A DNA stretch of 64,000 nt, taken from NCBI GenBank assembly GCA_002633005.1, contig NMRA01000034.1, forward strand, positions 1,015,766 to 1,079,765. The letters run 5' to 3'. This stretch comes from Phoronis australis (lineage: Eukaryota; Animalia; Phoronida). This document shows, piece after piece, positions 49,001-61,812 of the stretch. How positions within the stretch are numbered: the stretch's first letter is position 1; every line of letters begins with the position of its first letter. Below the pieces are notes generated by a model. The model made no database searches. It saw only the letters and a program-made list of their open reading frames with translations, and was not told where the DNA came from. Both the position numbers and the translations under genes were made by a program.

Positions 49001-52000
49001 TCGGTTTTTAGCGACAGCGTTTATGAGTCTGTCCCACCAAAATTTGACAGGTGAATCACAAGAGATATCCCAATCCGTCTGACGGGAGAGATCGTACCAG
49101 TTTCTAACATGACAAGGAAATTTTTGATTTTCCCCTTGCTGTACCTATGATTTTCATGTCTAGGCCGCAGGTTGAATGGAAAGGTGCCCCTTTAGTTTTG
49201 CTAAAAGGCCAAGAACTGCAATTTGAACTGGGTTCCATGAGCCAAAACTCTGATTATATTGAACTTATATGCACCACGTTTGCAACGCATTCACTGCACC
49301 GTAGTGAATATTTAAGTTAAACAAACCCACCTACCATTACAGAAACTAAATTTTGATTTAGACCACTTTCGTCATGAAATTGGTCTCAAATTGTTCCATA
49401 ATCAATGTAGAGGTGATTCCAGGGCTTCAGAAGAACTAATAATTATTGATTGAGATCAGGGTGTATATGTTGTCTTGTCACGTCGTGTTACTTTATGTGC
49501 TGAACTTGATCTTAAATGACGAACTGGCAGTTCTTTGCAAACCTGAAAAACAATTTTCATCACAGTAAGGCACAAGTTGAGAATAACATCATAGCAGCAA
49601 GTGTGGTCCAAGTTCGCTTTTTCGGCGAAACGCGGGTTTATAACGATCTTTATTGATAGTTTGCCTTAGTAGCTGTATTCCTTTTACATTAACTTTTCGC
49701 GCTGAACCAATGCTTTCTGTGCTTTACCAATGGCTTCCAGCAACATTCCTTTTCTTCGATTTTAGTACCAGGCTGAGAGAGCGAAATTTCGTTTAAGAAA
49801 TTTAAAATTACATCGTGGACACACTTGCTGGGTGTGGTGTCAAGATTGAAAAACCAACTGGTCTTAAGACGTGTGTATCGCGTTTTGCGTGTGTTGACCA
49901 TCGAGTTTCGAAAGACTCTTTCGATAAAAATTGTGTTCATTACTATCTTGTCTATGTAGAAAACAATTATTTCGAATACTCTTCGGTGACGTGCTTATAA
50001 GCGTGTGCAGGAATCCCTTTAAGCACGGGATGAAGGTCATTCGTTGCTACAACATCACCGTTTCCTCAAACATCAGCCTGCGAGATTTGAGTGTGCAGCT
50101 GCGAAGTACACGCGACTCAAACACAGTACTGTATCGACTGCATGACCACTCGCTAGGTCTCCCGCTGCTTGTCGGTATTGATACTTGCTATTTCTGGAGC
50201 TATCAAGTTGTATACGAATACACATTGATTAACAAATATTTGTCTGGGCCTCAAATTAGCCAACCACTTCCGCTAATACAATTGAGAACGTTTATTGAAA
50301 GTCAATTCGATCTTTGTGTACACAGACTGAGTTTTCAGCTTAGATATTCAGTTGGCATTTCGAAGGCGCAGACGAGCGCGTGCATGGTGCATTTGGTTTT
50401 TACTAGATGTCGCTTTATAAGGAGGGTCATTTTTAAATGATTTACAAACGTTTACTTCCTAGGCCAGCAAATAGGGGTCTCAGCTTCCGCTTCATCAAGG
50501 GACTTTTGTGCCGACACTAATCGGTTATTTTGAATATTCCAGTTATAAGCACCACCCAAAACGTAATGACGCCATCGGGGGTCCGTAGATCCTCACATGC
50601 CCTTCATATTTGCGGCACATCCCCCGCACTGTGACGTTGGTTTCCCGTGGAAACGAGGAATTATTGTACATGTGCGGCACTCATTGAAAAACCATCCTCA
50701 ACATTCCTTTAGACATCTGTTGGATCTCAAAACGTTCATCGCGCCTTAAATATGAACATTCACTCAAAATATCATTACAAATAATTCTGTAATTTACAAG
50801 TGATCCACATTGTCTAGTCTTCAGCTGGCACGATTTCCGACGGAGTTCCGGAGCCACCTAATGGTAAAAGCCGACTTCGGTAGATTTGATTTGTCGGCGT
50901 GCTGTGTTGGAGGTGCTTCTGATTTCAATGCTTACTGTTTACTTTATTGGGAACGTGAAATAGAATGACTGTTAACAATTTTTTGCTCTAACAATTACCC
51001 CCTCTGCACACTTAATTGTTTTTGCCTTGTGAAAGGTCATTGGGAGACAGGTTTTGTTTACAACACTCGTTCTGAGTCTCTCAGAGCTCTGTCCACAACC
51101 CGCCTTCGGTCAGAAATAAGCATTGATTTAGACATTTTGCAATGATGGAAGTGATCTCAACTTGTTCCTTACTCAAAATAAAGGTGATTATTGGGCTTAG
51201 AAATGCTGACAGGTTGTTACAAACTGTTTGAGACCATTCTCGGTGCCTACTGAACTAACCCCGGCATTGACACACCAGCGTGCACAGCCTGATCTCGAGT
51301 AATAACGAACTGTCAGTTCTTTCCAAAACAAAAAATTGTCTCTAATTTGTCTCAGGAACAATTTGAGTCCTTTTTCATATCTCTTAGTGGTCTCAATCAA
51401 ATTTTATTTTTGTGACGGTCGGCTGGTTTATAGTCGCATTAGTTTTCAATTATCGCCCCTTGCGCCACGAGCAACAGTAAACTTCTGAATTCGCTGATGA
51501 GACATATTACAAGTTGTGGTTATTATAATTATAATGTGCAAGCTTACCTTCATCACTATTTTACGAAACAATGAACAAGCACACGTTTGCAAACACACGT
51601 TTGCAAACCCACGGTTGCATCTCGTCAGATAATTGTTATTAAAATAGTCGTCGTCGCCGTTACATCCGGGTTACATCTCGCTGCTGCCTGTTCAAACGTC
51701 TGAGTAAACACAACATGGTCGTGGTGGTTACAATTGTAGCCTCGTTCCTGCAGTCGTAACAACGAGAAATACTCCCACGCAAAGGCATCGTGAAATTGTA
51801 GCTTTTCGACTGCTGTGTGAACAGTCTAAGCATAAGTGAAAGCGCCTGCCAAAAAACAGTGCAATATTTTTCATGGGTCATTGCTTCTGTTTTAAAGATA
51901 CTTGTTACAGCGTCGATAGAATATGAAAAATGAGTTTCAGTGCCCTTTATCACCTGTAACTTGGTATAAGTACCAGTGCTGCAGTCCACTTGGGTCGTTT

Positions 52001-52009
52001 CTGTCTATA

Positions 52010-52390
52010 ATTGTCCCCCGCCACGTGTTAGCGTGAAGCGAGTGGCAGTATTTACGCACGTCATACAATGTTATTGACGTGACATCTCAGCAAGGGAGTT
52101 TTAAATTTTGTTGCTATTTGGCACCAAAGTGAAAGGGAGGCAAATCCTTGCGCCAGTCGATTTTGGTGACCTGGCTTGAAGTCGTTTTAATGGTCACAAC
52201 GAGAAAATTAATTTGCCTAAAAAATTGCTGGAGTGATATCTCAAGCAGGGAGTTTTAAATTTTCAGTGATTTTATTTTGTACCAGTCGATTCTGATGATC
52301 TTGACATCTTTTTCAAGGTCACGGTGAGAAAGTCAAGTTTCCTGGGCTTAGGGGAATGTTGTTGGCGCGTGTATTCCGAAGCAGCTGTGG
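52010..52390 (+). mobile_element. Possible Helentron-associated (HINE-like) element with two degenerate ~155-bp tandem units
   Basis: Starts TTGTCCCCCGCC; two units each with ATCTCA..CA.GGGAGTTTTAAATTT...CCAGTCGATT.TG.TGA.CT...GGTCAC..GAGAAA; GGGGAAT near the 3' end. Confidence 0.45.
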
Positions 52391-54472
52391 TTACCGTGTG
52401 ACAAATCATTGTTGTTTAAAGCTTCAGAATCATTCTGTTAAATTCATATAGGTGCCCTACAACACTTCTAAATCCGCCAATGATTACGCGTTCACATTAT
52501 TCATCGGGTTATTCGTGTTCTTAAACCAGACATGTAGAGAACTTCGCGCCCCTGCCATTTCGAGCAGCAGAAAACATCCTTCGTAAACAAACACTCAAAC
52601 ACACGTCTGTATAGTTGCGTGGGAGGTTTCAAGTACCATTGGGGTGATTAGTGACTTTATGTTCAGACACTCTTGAGACTTGTAAAGTTAAATGTTTGAT
52701 GAATCGATCAGCTAATGCCACTAGATCAATTGTTGTCACACCGCCTTCTTCCTTTAGTACACGCGCGCGCCCCCTTCATTGCTTCGAGGACATTTTGCTA
52801 GTGCGATGCGACTGTCTTACCGACCGGTTCAAACTAAGATTGTGTGTTCCTCCTTGGCAAGAAGTCCATGTAGTGTGTGATTACGCCGCAAAATGTTGAG
52901 CGAATCACAATTTAATGCCATCCAACTATTCAACTTATCCACAAGATGGCATGGTAGCTACCTGATTTTCTGACTTGCCGTGAAAGCATCGGACTATACA
53001 GATCCGATCTCTTCTGATTCATGATTGGACGTCGAGCAAATTAGCAACGAAGGCTTGGCCTCCCAACGGGAGCACAAATTGGTCCTCGCATTATAATAAT
53101 TCTCTTTTACTTTTAATTCCATGTTTATGCTCACTGGGTAACGGTAACAAAATTTATAACCCCAACTGTCCGCGTACTATGCTGAACTGGTGTTAGTTCC
53201 ATGATTCGTAGTAAATGCAACACTAAGCTACACCTATTCGGCTAGTCGAATCACGTGACTTTCCTAATAAGGAAGTGGATACAGTAAGGAACTTGAGTGT
53301 ATTACCGGAGCTATGGAATAGTCTGCCGTATCGACCTTTTTAGGGACAGCGGAAATCGATGCGTGTGCATCCCAGAGTATAGCTCTGTGGGATACTACAT
53401 GATCGTCATATCCAGAATCCAGAAAGTATCACGCATGCGTTCGTTTTTTCAGTAAACTGCCACTTGATTTTGGATATATGTTACCTTTTCACTCGCATCT
53501 ATATTAAACTGAACTTCTAGTTGCTTGAAATGCAACTAGAATTGAATGATTTCTATTCATCTCTTATCTGCGGATGACGGTGTTGGTTTGGATGACCGCT
53601 GTCCCACAATCCTTTGTGTATATGACGTCTCGTGTTTTCCGTAAAAAGGTCAATGGTACATGTATGTAATGTAGTGTTTATGTAGTAAAAAGTACAATGG
53701 TTGCGACGTGCGACAAAGTTAAACATATGCATTTGTGGAAAAATACAGTGTCCAGTGATGATCAGTCGTAACAAACGAATGACGGACCTATGTGGATTCA
53801 GGGGGTGTAAACCCCTCGGGAAACGCCCCGAGCACAACGTGACGGCGCCGCTGGTGCAGTAAACCTCCGTTGCTGGAATCGTAGATCCGCCCTTTCAGAT
53901 CTCATGCGTAAACTGGCTAGCTTACCGGCCACGGATGAAGTCACTGCAAGAGGCACACAAAAACAGGAGGGTTTTGTGTCGCGGGACCTAGGAGTGTACA
54001 TTTCAAAAGAAAATTGATCAGGCAAGATACCGTTTTCCTGTCGTGACGTCTATTTTTGTTAACAGTAACAATTACTGGTAATTATTATTACGGCGGCAAA
54101 AATCTAATTGCAGAATGGGTAAGTCACCATAATTACACTTCATCCTCGACTTTGAGAGAAGGTTACTCTAACGATGAATTCGGCTTTCGCCCAGCCAACA
54201 GTCACGGGTAAATCTGGGTAATTTTGTCCGAATACTTTTGGCTTGCACTGTATAATCAAGCTACCTGCTATCGCCACCAAGTCGCAATAGTTTGTATCGA
54301 GTTTCACAGCTCCATTTAGTGGGCAATTCTTATTATAACAAGTAGACATCCACTGGATTTTTTTCGCATACGGTCTCTGTGATGTTCCGCTGCGCACAAC
54401 GGATCTCTGCACTTCTCTTGACTTGACATTAATCCCGCATCAATGCTGACAGCTCAAGACTTGAACGCTTAA

Positions 54473-56044
54473 AGGAGCATGCCACCCAAAAAACAACCTA
54501 ATTTGTATCAGTTTAGATCGAGTAGTTCTACTCCATAAGGGCACGCACGGTTGCGTTACCTGACGGCAGACGGAGGTGTTGAAATTATCCAATGACGTAA
54601 TTGGTTTCACACGCAGTCTTTTCAGCAGTTTATTGCTTGAATTCATCGTTTAACAACAATAAAGCATCAAACATCAATGTAAAACCCTTAAAAATACACC
54701 GAGTTCTTATAAAAACGTGTTGTTTTACTTCGGATTTATTGGTATTTGGACACCGTAGCCTAAAAAGTTCGGCAGGCCAATAAGGTCCGTAGCAGGAGTT
54801 TGGGGTCTGTTCGGAGATAAATTCGAAGTATTTTTCCGTGAGATACAGACAGGAGAACCTTGATGTGTGCTGTTTAGACTTGTGATTTTTGAGTTCTAAA
54901 CACACAAAACGCTTGTTATCCTGGCCAGTAGATCGGAACCTAATCAGACATCACGAACATAAACCAGCCAAAGTTGGAAACTAAACTTCCAGTCAAGAAA
55001 ATACTATACTAGTAGTGAGCCAAAGAAGTAAATAGCTCGCCGTGATTATGTTGGTGAATTAGCCACGAAACTGCAAATCTACTCAGTTTACTCGTCGGGG
55101 GTCGCGAATTCAGGTTCCGCTTTGGCCACATAACCTTCAGGGCAGAATGTGTACAATCATTATTTTAATAATGTAAATGTAAATGAAGATTCCCCTAACA
55201 CCTAACCGTGGGATAGAAATCGAGTTGTTTCAAAACAGTTTCTGTCAGCAAGCATGACCCCCCACACGGCCTCGGTGTCCCGTCAATTAGTTTTATTGCA
55301 CCTAAAGCCGGTAACGCATTGATTTATTCATTGCTGGCTTCTCAAATCATTTGCACTCACGAACACTCCAGAGGCATTTACAAATTGCATCTAATGAGAC
55401 AGACTTTGTTTCAGTTTATATAAGCATTGGTAAGGGTGACAATAATTCATTTTGAAACAGAACGCTCTGTAATAAACGTCAACATGGACTCGCAATCCCG
55501 ACTGAGACGAGGGCTCATCCCGACGAAGACTTCGCTGGTGAATCGTTTTAACGAAACTTAAAAGTTTCACAGGCTGTCGGTTTGAACCGGAATACAGAGA
55601 TGAAGAAATACTAAAGAGGAGCAGTGAACAGGCTTAGACAATGGAACGTATGGATAGTTATTTGGTAAGCCGGCATTCGTCAGGCACTGTCCGCGACGAC
55701 TGCAGGCCGCAGACACGGAGATGTTTCACGGCCTCATAGTTGCTATTTACAGCGTACTTTTCATTCTTCACTACCGCGAGCCACTTCCTAAGCATTTCGG
55801 ACTTTCGAGGAAGTCGAAAAAATGATATACCCGCTTTCCTCGCAGCTGCATAGTTCGGACAAGCGGGAACGATACACCGTAACATAACGGCATTAACTCT
55901 GTAAATGAACCACTGACGTCGCTGCTTCGTTTCTCACCTTCCTCACAGGTTAACGCTACACCTCTCGACCGTATGCGAGGCGATGTGGATATAGACCGAT
56001 TAAGACGGCAAAAAAGACTAATTAAATCGGGTGGCATTCTCCTT
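54473..56044 (-). mobile_element. Non-autonomous Kolobok-type DNA transposon, copy 2, both ends present (about 1.57 kb)
   Basis: TTAA|AGGAGCATGCCACCC ... GGGTGGCATTCTCCT(T)|TTAA: 15-bp TIR with 1 mismatch and TTAA target; THAP ORF 55658-55885 (-); FEPEY remnant 55566-55638 (+). Confidence 0.85.
55658..55885 (-). pseudogene. THAP zinc-finger remnant of a transposase
   Basis: MLRCIVPACPNY...GISFFRLP...LRKWL...HLRVCG; final His-Phe lost; no catalytic domain follows. Confidence 0.85.
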
Positions 56045-58379
56045 TTAAGTTTTTACACGTGTCTGAATAGCTATAGCGCCATCGTGCCGGTCATCCAGTG
56101 GTCGGTGCCTGCAACATTGAACAATAGACCCGTCCTGAAATGACACAGCACCACTTTCATTCAAGGGGTATTTACCACAATGCGACAGACACAAGAAAAA
56201 CGAAAAATTTGAGGAGATCAATTTTCCTGCTGTTTGATTTTGTAACAGGAAATGTCACTGCTTCAAGAATTATAACTTAACATTAAAACGATCTCTATCA
56301 GCCCAATTTAAAGGGATTTTCCCATTTACGTTCTCTGTAAGGGCTATTATTTACTTTATTAGCACAGCGAGGCTTGTTACAGGCATAATTTTCGTAGTAG
56401 AAAATTTTCTTGCCTCCTTTTACAGTAGAATTGACATTTATGTTCTGTATGTCAAATGTCTGTGAGGTTATGCAAGCAGGAAGTTATCGGTCCCTGCTAT
56501 ACTCTCAATGTAATTAATAGTAAGCAAACAACGACTATATACTAATGAAAGAAATCTCTATGATTATTTAGTCTAGAATCTATTTCTATCACCTGCTGAC
56601 GTCATTTGTCTCAAACTGCAAGTGTTTCTTTGGTCATATTCGTGTATTTAGCTGTTAATGAAAATTAATCTATACACTATTTAACATCCGTCGCTTCATT
56701 ACCTAGGATTTTACGAGTTTGGCCTAAATCGAAGGGTTGTGTAATCGATATCGTATCAAAGCTAGTTTGTAATTCCGCTTGATTTTGAAAATCAAACAGG
56801 ATTAAGTGCCAATATCCGGCTTCTCGTCGTAGAGGGGATGGGGGCGGGGCAAATTATACGTTCTGGAAACGTAATGGATTACACGCCTTTGTTTTTTATA
56901 TTAGGAAGTTCTATTCAAATGAAACGTCAAAGTGCCTAAAACCACCATTTACTGTGTTTTGACAAGTGACTACATTGTCAGCATTATAAACCTTCTAATA
57001 TACCACAACCGTGAATTCAATATCTCCAACAAGAGAAAAAGGTTAACTTTAATTGAACGTGTGACGTATGAACTCATGCGGTGACAATGTTCTTAGTCCA
57101 CCAACACGCGAGTTTCTTGTACAAACTTGTGCCATGTTCGCGCTTCTCTGATGTCCCGCGGGATTAAGTGAATAGAGCCACAGCGTGCTCAAATACTGAA
57201 TTGTCACAACTACAACAGACGCGACTCCTTTTTATTCTTTATTGTACCTTAAACCACGAGAAAACGACCAAAATATCTGACGACTTTTCACACTAAACAT
57301 AATGGAGTTAGATTAATGTTGTGATTGGTTGCCCCAATTCTACGTGGTATTCATCGACCAATAAGTGCTTGGAACTCCAGACCAGCTGGTTAACTTTTCG
57401 GCAGACGGTGTTTGCCGGTGTTCTAATTTGACAACTAATCGACTGATGGATGGTTTTTAGCGATTTTAAGCATTTTAAACGATGAATTGGAAATTGAACC
57501 AACTTTGCTTGATAAAGAAAATGTAACGACACCGCGCTGTTGAGCATGTCAGATGACACCCTTCGTGCAAACAAATATCCCCAGGATACAAAAATAGATC
57601 GAATGCAAAAACATTATGGCGTGACCAGCGTACAATGAACTTAAAATGCCCATACTTTTGAAAAGCACGTCAAGTACTGCTGTCAGTATCTAAATTTAGA
57701 CACGTTTGCCGCCTAGTTAAGACTCTTGTTCCCGGTGTTAATAACTTTGCCAGAAAGTTTCACGAACAATGTGCATGCTGATATCCCAGGAACATTGTGT
57801 AGCAGACGACATTGCTCAAAGTGGAAGCTGGCCTATAGCGATGCCAAAATCTGCAATTGCAAACTGAACTAAAACTATAAATTGTCATAGCAGTATATAT
57901 GAATATGTAAATTTTAAGTCACGTAGTAGTTACTCGAGAATAACAGGCAACGTTTGGTCAGCCACTGCTAACTTTATCAAGCCTGTATGACATCTGTTGG
58001 CGATTCAGGGGAATGAGTCAAACGACATAATTTTAATAATATTTCGCCTCTGTGTTCCTGCGGAGATACCCAGACATATCCTCATGTTTTCTTTGCTTGT
58101 GAGGCATGCAAGGAGGAGAGGGTATAGCTCTTCCAGGCACTCGAACAATACCCCCAATGTTTATAAAAAATATTCTGACATTCAGCAATTGTACAAAATT
58201 AATTTCTTTCTATATGGATGTCAAGAACTTACTGAAACGAAAATAAGGTTTTATTTGAAATAGTATCAGAATTTCTTTATATCATTAAATCTCCTTGTGT
58301 GAGTGGATAGAATTTTATACTTCAATATTAGCGTCAAATGGCAGATACAACCGTGTAATAACCCATAAAGTTATCTCAC

Positions 58380-58476
58380 TAGTGAGATAACGATTTGGCG
58401 GGAAACCGAGGACGGGGTCGAACCCGGGACCTTGGAATTGCTGGTGGGCGACTTTACCACTACACCACGCAGCGAC
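58380..58476 (-). mobile_element. tRNA-derived SINE head or tRNA pseudogene
   Basis: Minus strand GTCGCTGCG-TGGTGTAGTGG (A box)...GGTCCCG-GGTTCGACCCC (B box); acceptor and anticodon stems do not pair well. Confidence 0.7.
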
Positions 58477-58936
58477 TGACGTCATCGAGAGTGAAAATAG
58501 AATACTTAAATGAGCACGCGCAATAATCCCATGTTCAACAAACCGCATTGTACTGTACTTATACGCTACGAAAAATAAGACACATAATTTCCATAAAAAT
58601 GATACCTTAATTCGGTGAAATTTTTCTCTCATGTCCTCTTACTTGTAAATTACTGATCTCTAGTTTGAATGCGGGTATCGTGTCGTCAGGATCTTTAACT
58701 TGAGAATTATATTCAGTTACCAGTAGTAACCTACTTTAGCAGACGATAATTTCCTGGTCGAAGCTTAGCGTGAAAAAAACGTTTTCAATTGGTTTTGAGT
58801 AAAAGCATTATTTGACAAAAATAGCCGGGCTTTTCTTAAAAGGTCACGACCTCCGACATAGAAAGTAGTTACAAAGCCGTGGAGAGTCAGAAAAGGTAAA
58901 TCGATTCATTGCAATGTTTCTCGTTTAGTATGTGGT

Positions 58937-59096
58937 TATAAATAGATTATTACATGTTCTCAGCCGTTATCCCCCTTATCTAGAGCCCTCGTGGATTTTG
59001 GAGAATTATCACCCTCGGGCGATAATTCTCCAAAATCCACTCGGGCTCTAGATAACGGGGGATAACGACTTCGCCATGTACTAAGCTTTATTTATA
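58937..59096. repeat. 160-bp near-perfect palindrome (hairpin-type mobile element)
   Basis: Core arms of about 49 bp GTTATCCCCCTTATCTAGAGCCCTCGTGGATTTTGGAGAATTATCACCC / GGGCGATAATTCTCCAAAATCCACTCGGGCTCTAGATAACGGGGGATAAC with a 2-nt loop; looser outer arms TATAAATA...TACATG. Confidence 0.92.
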
Positions 59097-60796
59097 CATC
59101 TGTATGAAAATGAATTATTTTCATTCGTTGTCATATATCATTGTATTCTTAACATCAGTTTTTTTATTTTTGTATTCGTATATAATCATTGTATATAGAC
59201 TTCTTTGTATTTTTTTACCCAGATCTAATGCCTCTTGGCGCTTTCTGGGTTATGTATATTCATTGTATTCTGAAGATTTCGTAATAAACATTAAAAAAAA
59301 GTCAAACGGCGGCAAATTTCCGATATTACTCGGTTCCAGGTTGAAGTTAAGTACACCTCTCATGTTTAGGGAGGGATGTTCGTTCCTTTCATAAATGCAC
59401 TCTTTAATATCACATTCAAACTAGTCTTTTTGCCCGTCCAAGACCAGTACATCATCCAGGCCAAATGTCGTTTTTACATTATTCTCAATAATTTTATCCA
59501 CATTCTGTGATATATGTTCATCAATGTTTGTCAGTTTAGTCGTGATGTGTAGCTTGGCTTTTGAGTTATTTCTCATAAACTACAGGACAGAATGGCGAAC
59601 TATTTACTTTTACCAGAGCTTGTAAACTCATAAATTTAGGATAAGATCTAGATGACGAGAGCTTTGGGCCATGTGGAGCGCCTCGGGTATTTTCATAGCC
59701 TCAAGTTGTCCCCTAGAGGTACTTCATATCTACTTATACTTGTGGTAACAGGCTCAAACAAAAATTAACAGTATACCAGGAAGCACTCTGATTGAGAATG
59801 GTGTCGCTTTTGACTTTTGAGACATGTTAGGTCAGGATTTTAGCCGTCACTTTTTGATTGATTGATTTATTTAAGAATGATCGTCCTCAAGCAATACAAT
59901 ATGACACAATACAACAAATTAAGAATTAGACAATCTCTTTGCTTTGCCGAACATAGAACCGAAACGTAACGCATCCATTTTGACTAATTTTATCGTATTT
60001 CTTCGGATAAAATGCTCCTAACCGAATTTTCTACTGGGAATTAAATTTTAGAGCCTAAACAGTTCTAAAATCATTAATTTTAGTCCATGATATACCAATT
60101 AACTTTAGCTGGTGTTTATTGCCGTGAAACCATCGCCAAAGCTATAACTGACCTATCGCCAGGATTTTGACTGACGACTACTTAACAGACCAATCACAAC
60201 GCAGTGTTCTTAATACACCTTCGTCTGTGTTTCCATTTTACCCGACAAACATTACGTTGTCGGGTAAAGCTTATTTTAGTCTACATCTAAAAAATGTGCG
60301 ATAAGAATGGTGAAACGGTGTTGACAGGTTCTGCCGGCATAGCAGCGGCACTGGATTACTAATTCATAGCCTTGTTCGTGCTGTTGTCTCGAAAGAATAA
60401 ACAGTTAAATTACTTTTTGTTGAGAAACTCTAGTTTGCATATCGCCTGTAGAGTTAGAGACAGCTCAGTTTGTAGTTGTTCAAACATGATTCATGAAGCT
60501 TTAAAAAAGAGTATGAGTTATTTTTGTAAATAACCGTTTTTTGCTTCTATAACAGACTTGTAATATTTTGTAACATGACACAGCTTAGTGATGATGCTGC
60601 GTTTAAAATTAAGTGAAAAACTACCTTTATGCAATGAAAATACAAAAAATATGAAGTTCCTGAAGGTAGGCCTAGTAACGTAAATGTCTTAATGGTGCAA
60701 TTACTGCCAATTCCTTGAATTAATTTGTTTTGGATACAGCCCTAAACCTACCGGAACTAACTATTTGTCTAGGACAAGATGAATGTGTACCTGAGC

Positions 60797-61812
60797 CATA
60801 GGCGGATTTAGGGGGGGGCCCAGGGGGCCCGGGCCCCCCCCCTTGGCTACCGCAAAAAAATAAAACAGTAAGCCGGAGCGCAGGGAAATGTTGAGTTTAT
60901 TAATTAACCCCGGTAATTAAAATTATACGGATGAAAAAAGATTTAAATGTGTGCAGTTTTAGTGTTGGGAAGGGGGGGGGGTCAAATCCAATTTCAAGTG
61001 TCAAATTCGGAACACGGCGCATTCGTAACNNNNNNNNNNNNNNNNNNNNNNNNNNNNNNNNNNNNNNNNNNNNNNNNNNNNNNNNNNNNNNNNNNNNNNN
61101 NNNNNNNNNNNNNNNNNNNNNNNNNNNNNNNNNNNNNNNNNNNNNNNNNNNNNNNNNNNNNNNNNNNNNNNNNNNNNNNNNNNNNNNNNNNNNNNNNNNN
61201 NNNNNNNNNNNNNNNNNNNNNNNNNNNNNNNNNNNNNNNNNNNNNNNNNNNNNNNNNNNNNNNNNNNNNNNNNNNNNNNNNNNNNNNNNNNNNNNNNNNN
61301 NNNNNNNNNNNNNNNNNNNNNNNNNNNNNNNNNNNNNNNNNNNNNNNNNNNNNNNNNNNNNNNNNNNNNNNNNNNNNNNNNNNNNNNNNNNNNNNNNNNN
61401 NNNNNNNNNNNNNNNNNNNNNNNNNNNNNNNNNNNNNNNNNNNNNNNNNNNNNNNNNNNNNNNNNNNNNNNNNNNNNNNNNNNNNNNNNNNNNNNNNNNN
61501 NNNNNNNNNNNNNNNNNNNNNNNNNNNNNNNNNNNNNNNNNNNNNNNNNNNNNNNNNNNNNNNNNNNNNNNNNNNNNNNNNNNNNNNNNNNNNNNNNNNN
61601 NNNNNNNNNNNNNNNNNNNNNNNNNNNNNNNNNNNNNNNNNNNNNNNNNNNNNNNNNNNNNNNNNNNNNNNNNNNNNNNNNNNNNNNNNNNNNNNNNNNN
61701 NNNNNNNNNNNNNNNNNNNNNNNNNNNNNNNNNNNNNNNNNNNNNNNNNNNNNNNNNNNNNNNNNNNNNNNNNNNNNNNNNNNNNNNTTGTGATATCCTA
61801 GATCCGCCACTG
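60797..61812. mobile_element. MITE or non-autonomous DNA transposon spanning an assembly gap, 5-bp TSD
   Basis: Ends CATAGGCGGATTTAGG / CCTAGATCCGCCACTG; TGAGC duplicated at 60792-60796 and 61813-61817. Confidence 0.8.

Noticed and set aside
49931-50440. 169-aa plus-strand ORF as exon 2 of the TGF-beta ligand
   Set aside because: No prodomain features, no cystine-knot Cys pattern, non-ATG start; likely a chance ORF. The same holds for 42402-42836 and 42870-43256.
58400-58476. Functional tRNA gene
   Set aside because: A and B boxes are present but acceptor and anticodon stems do not pair; better explained as a SINE head or pseudogene.
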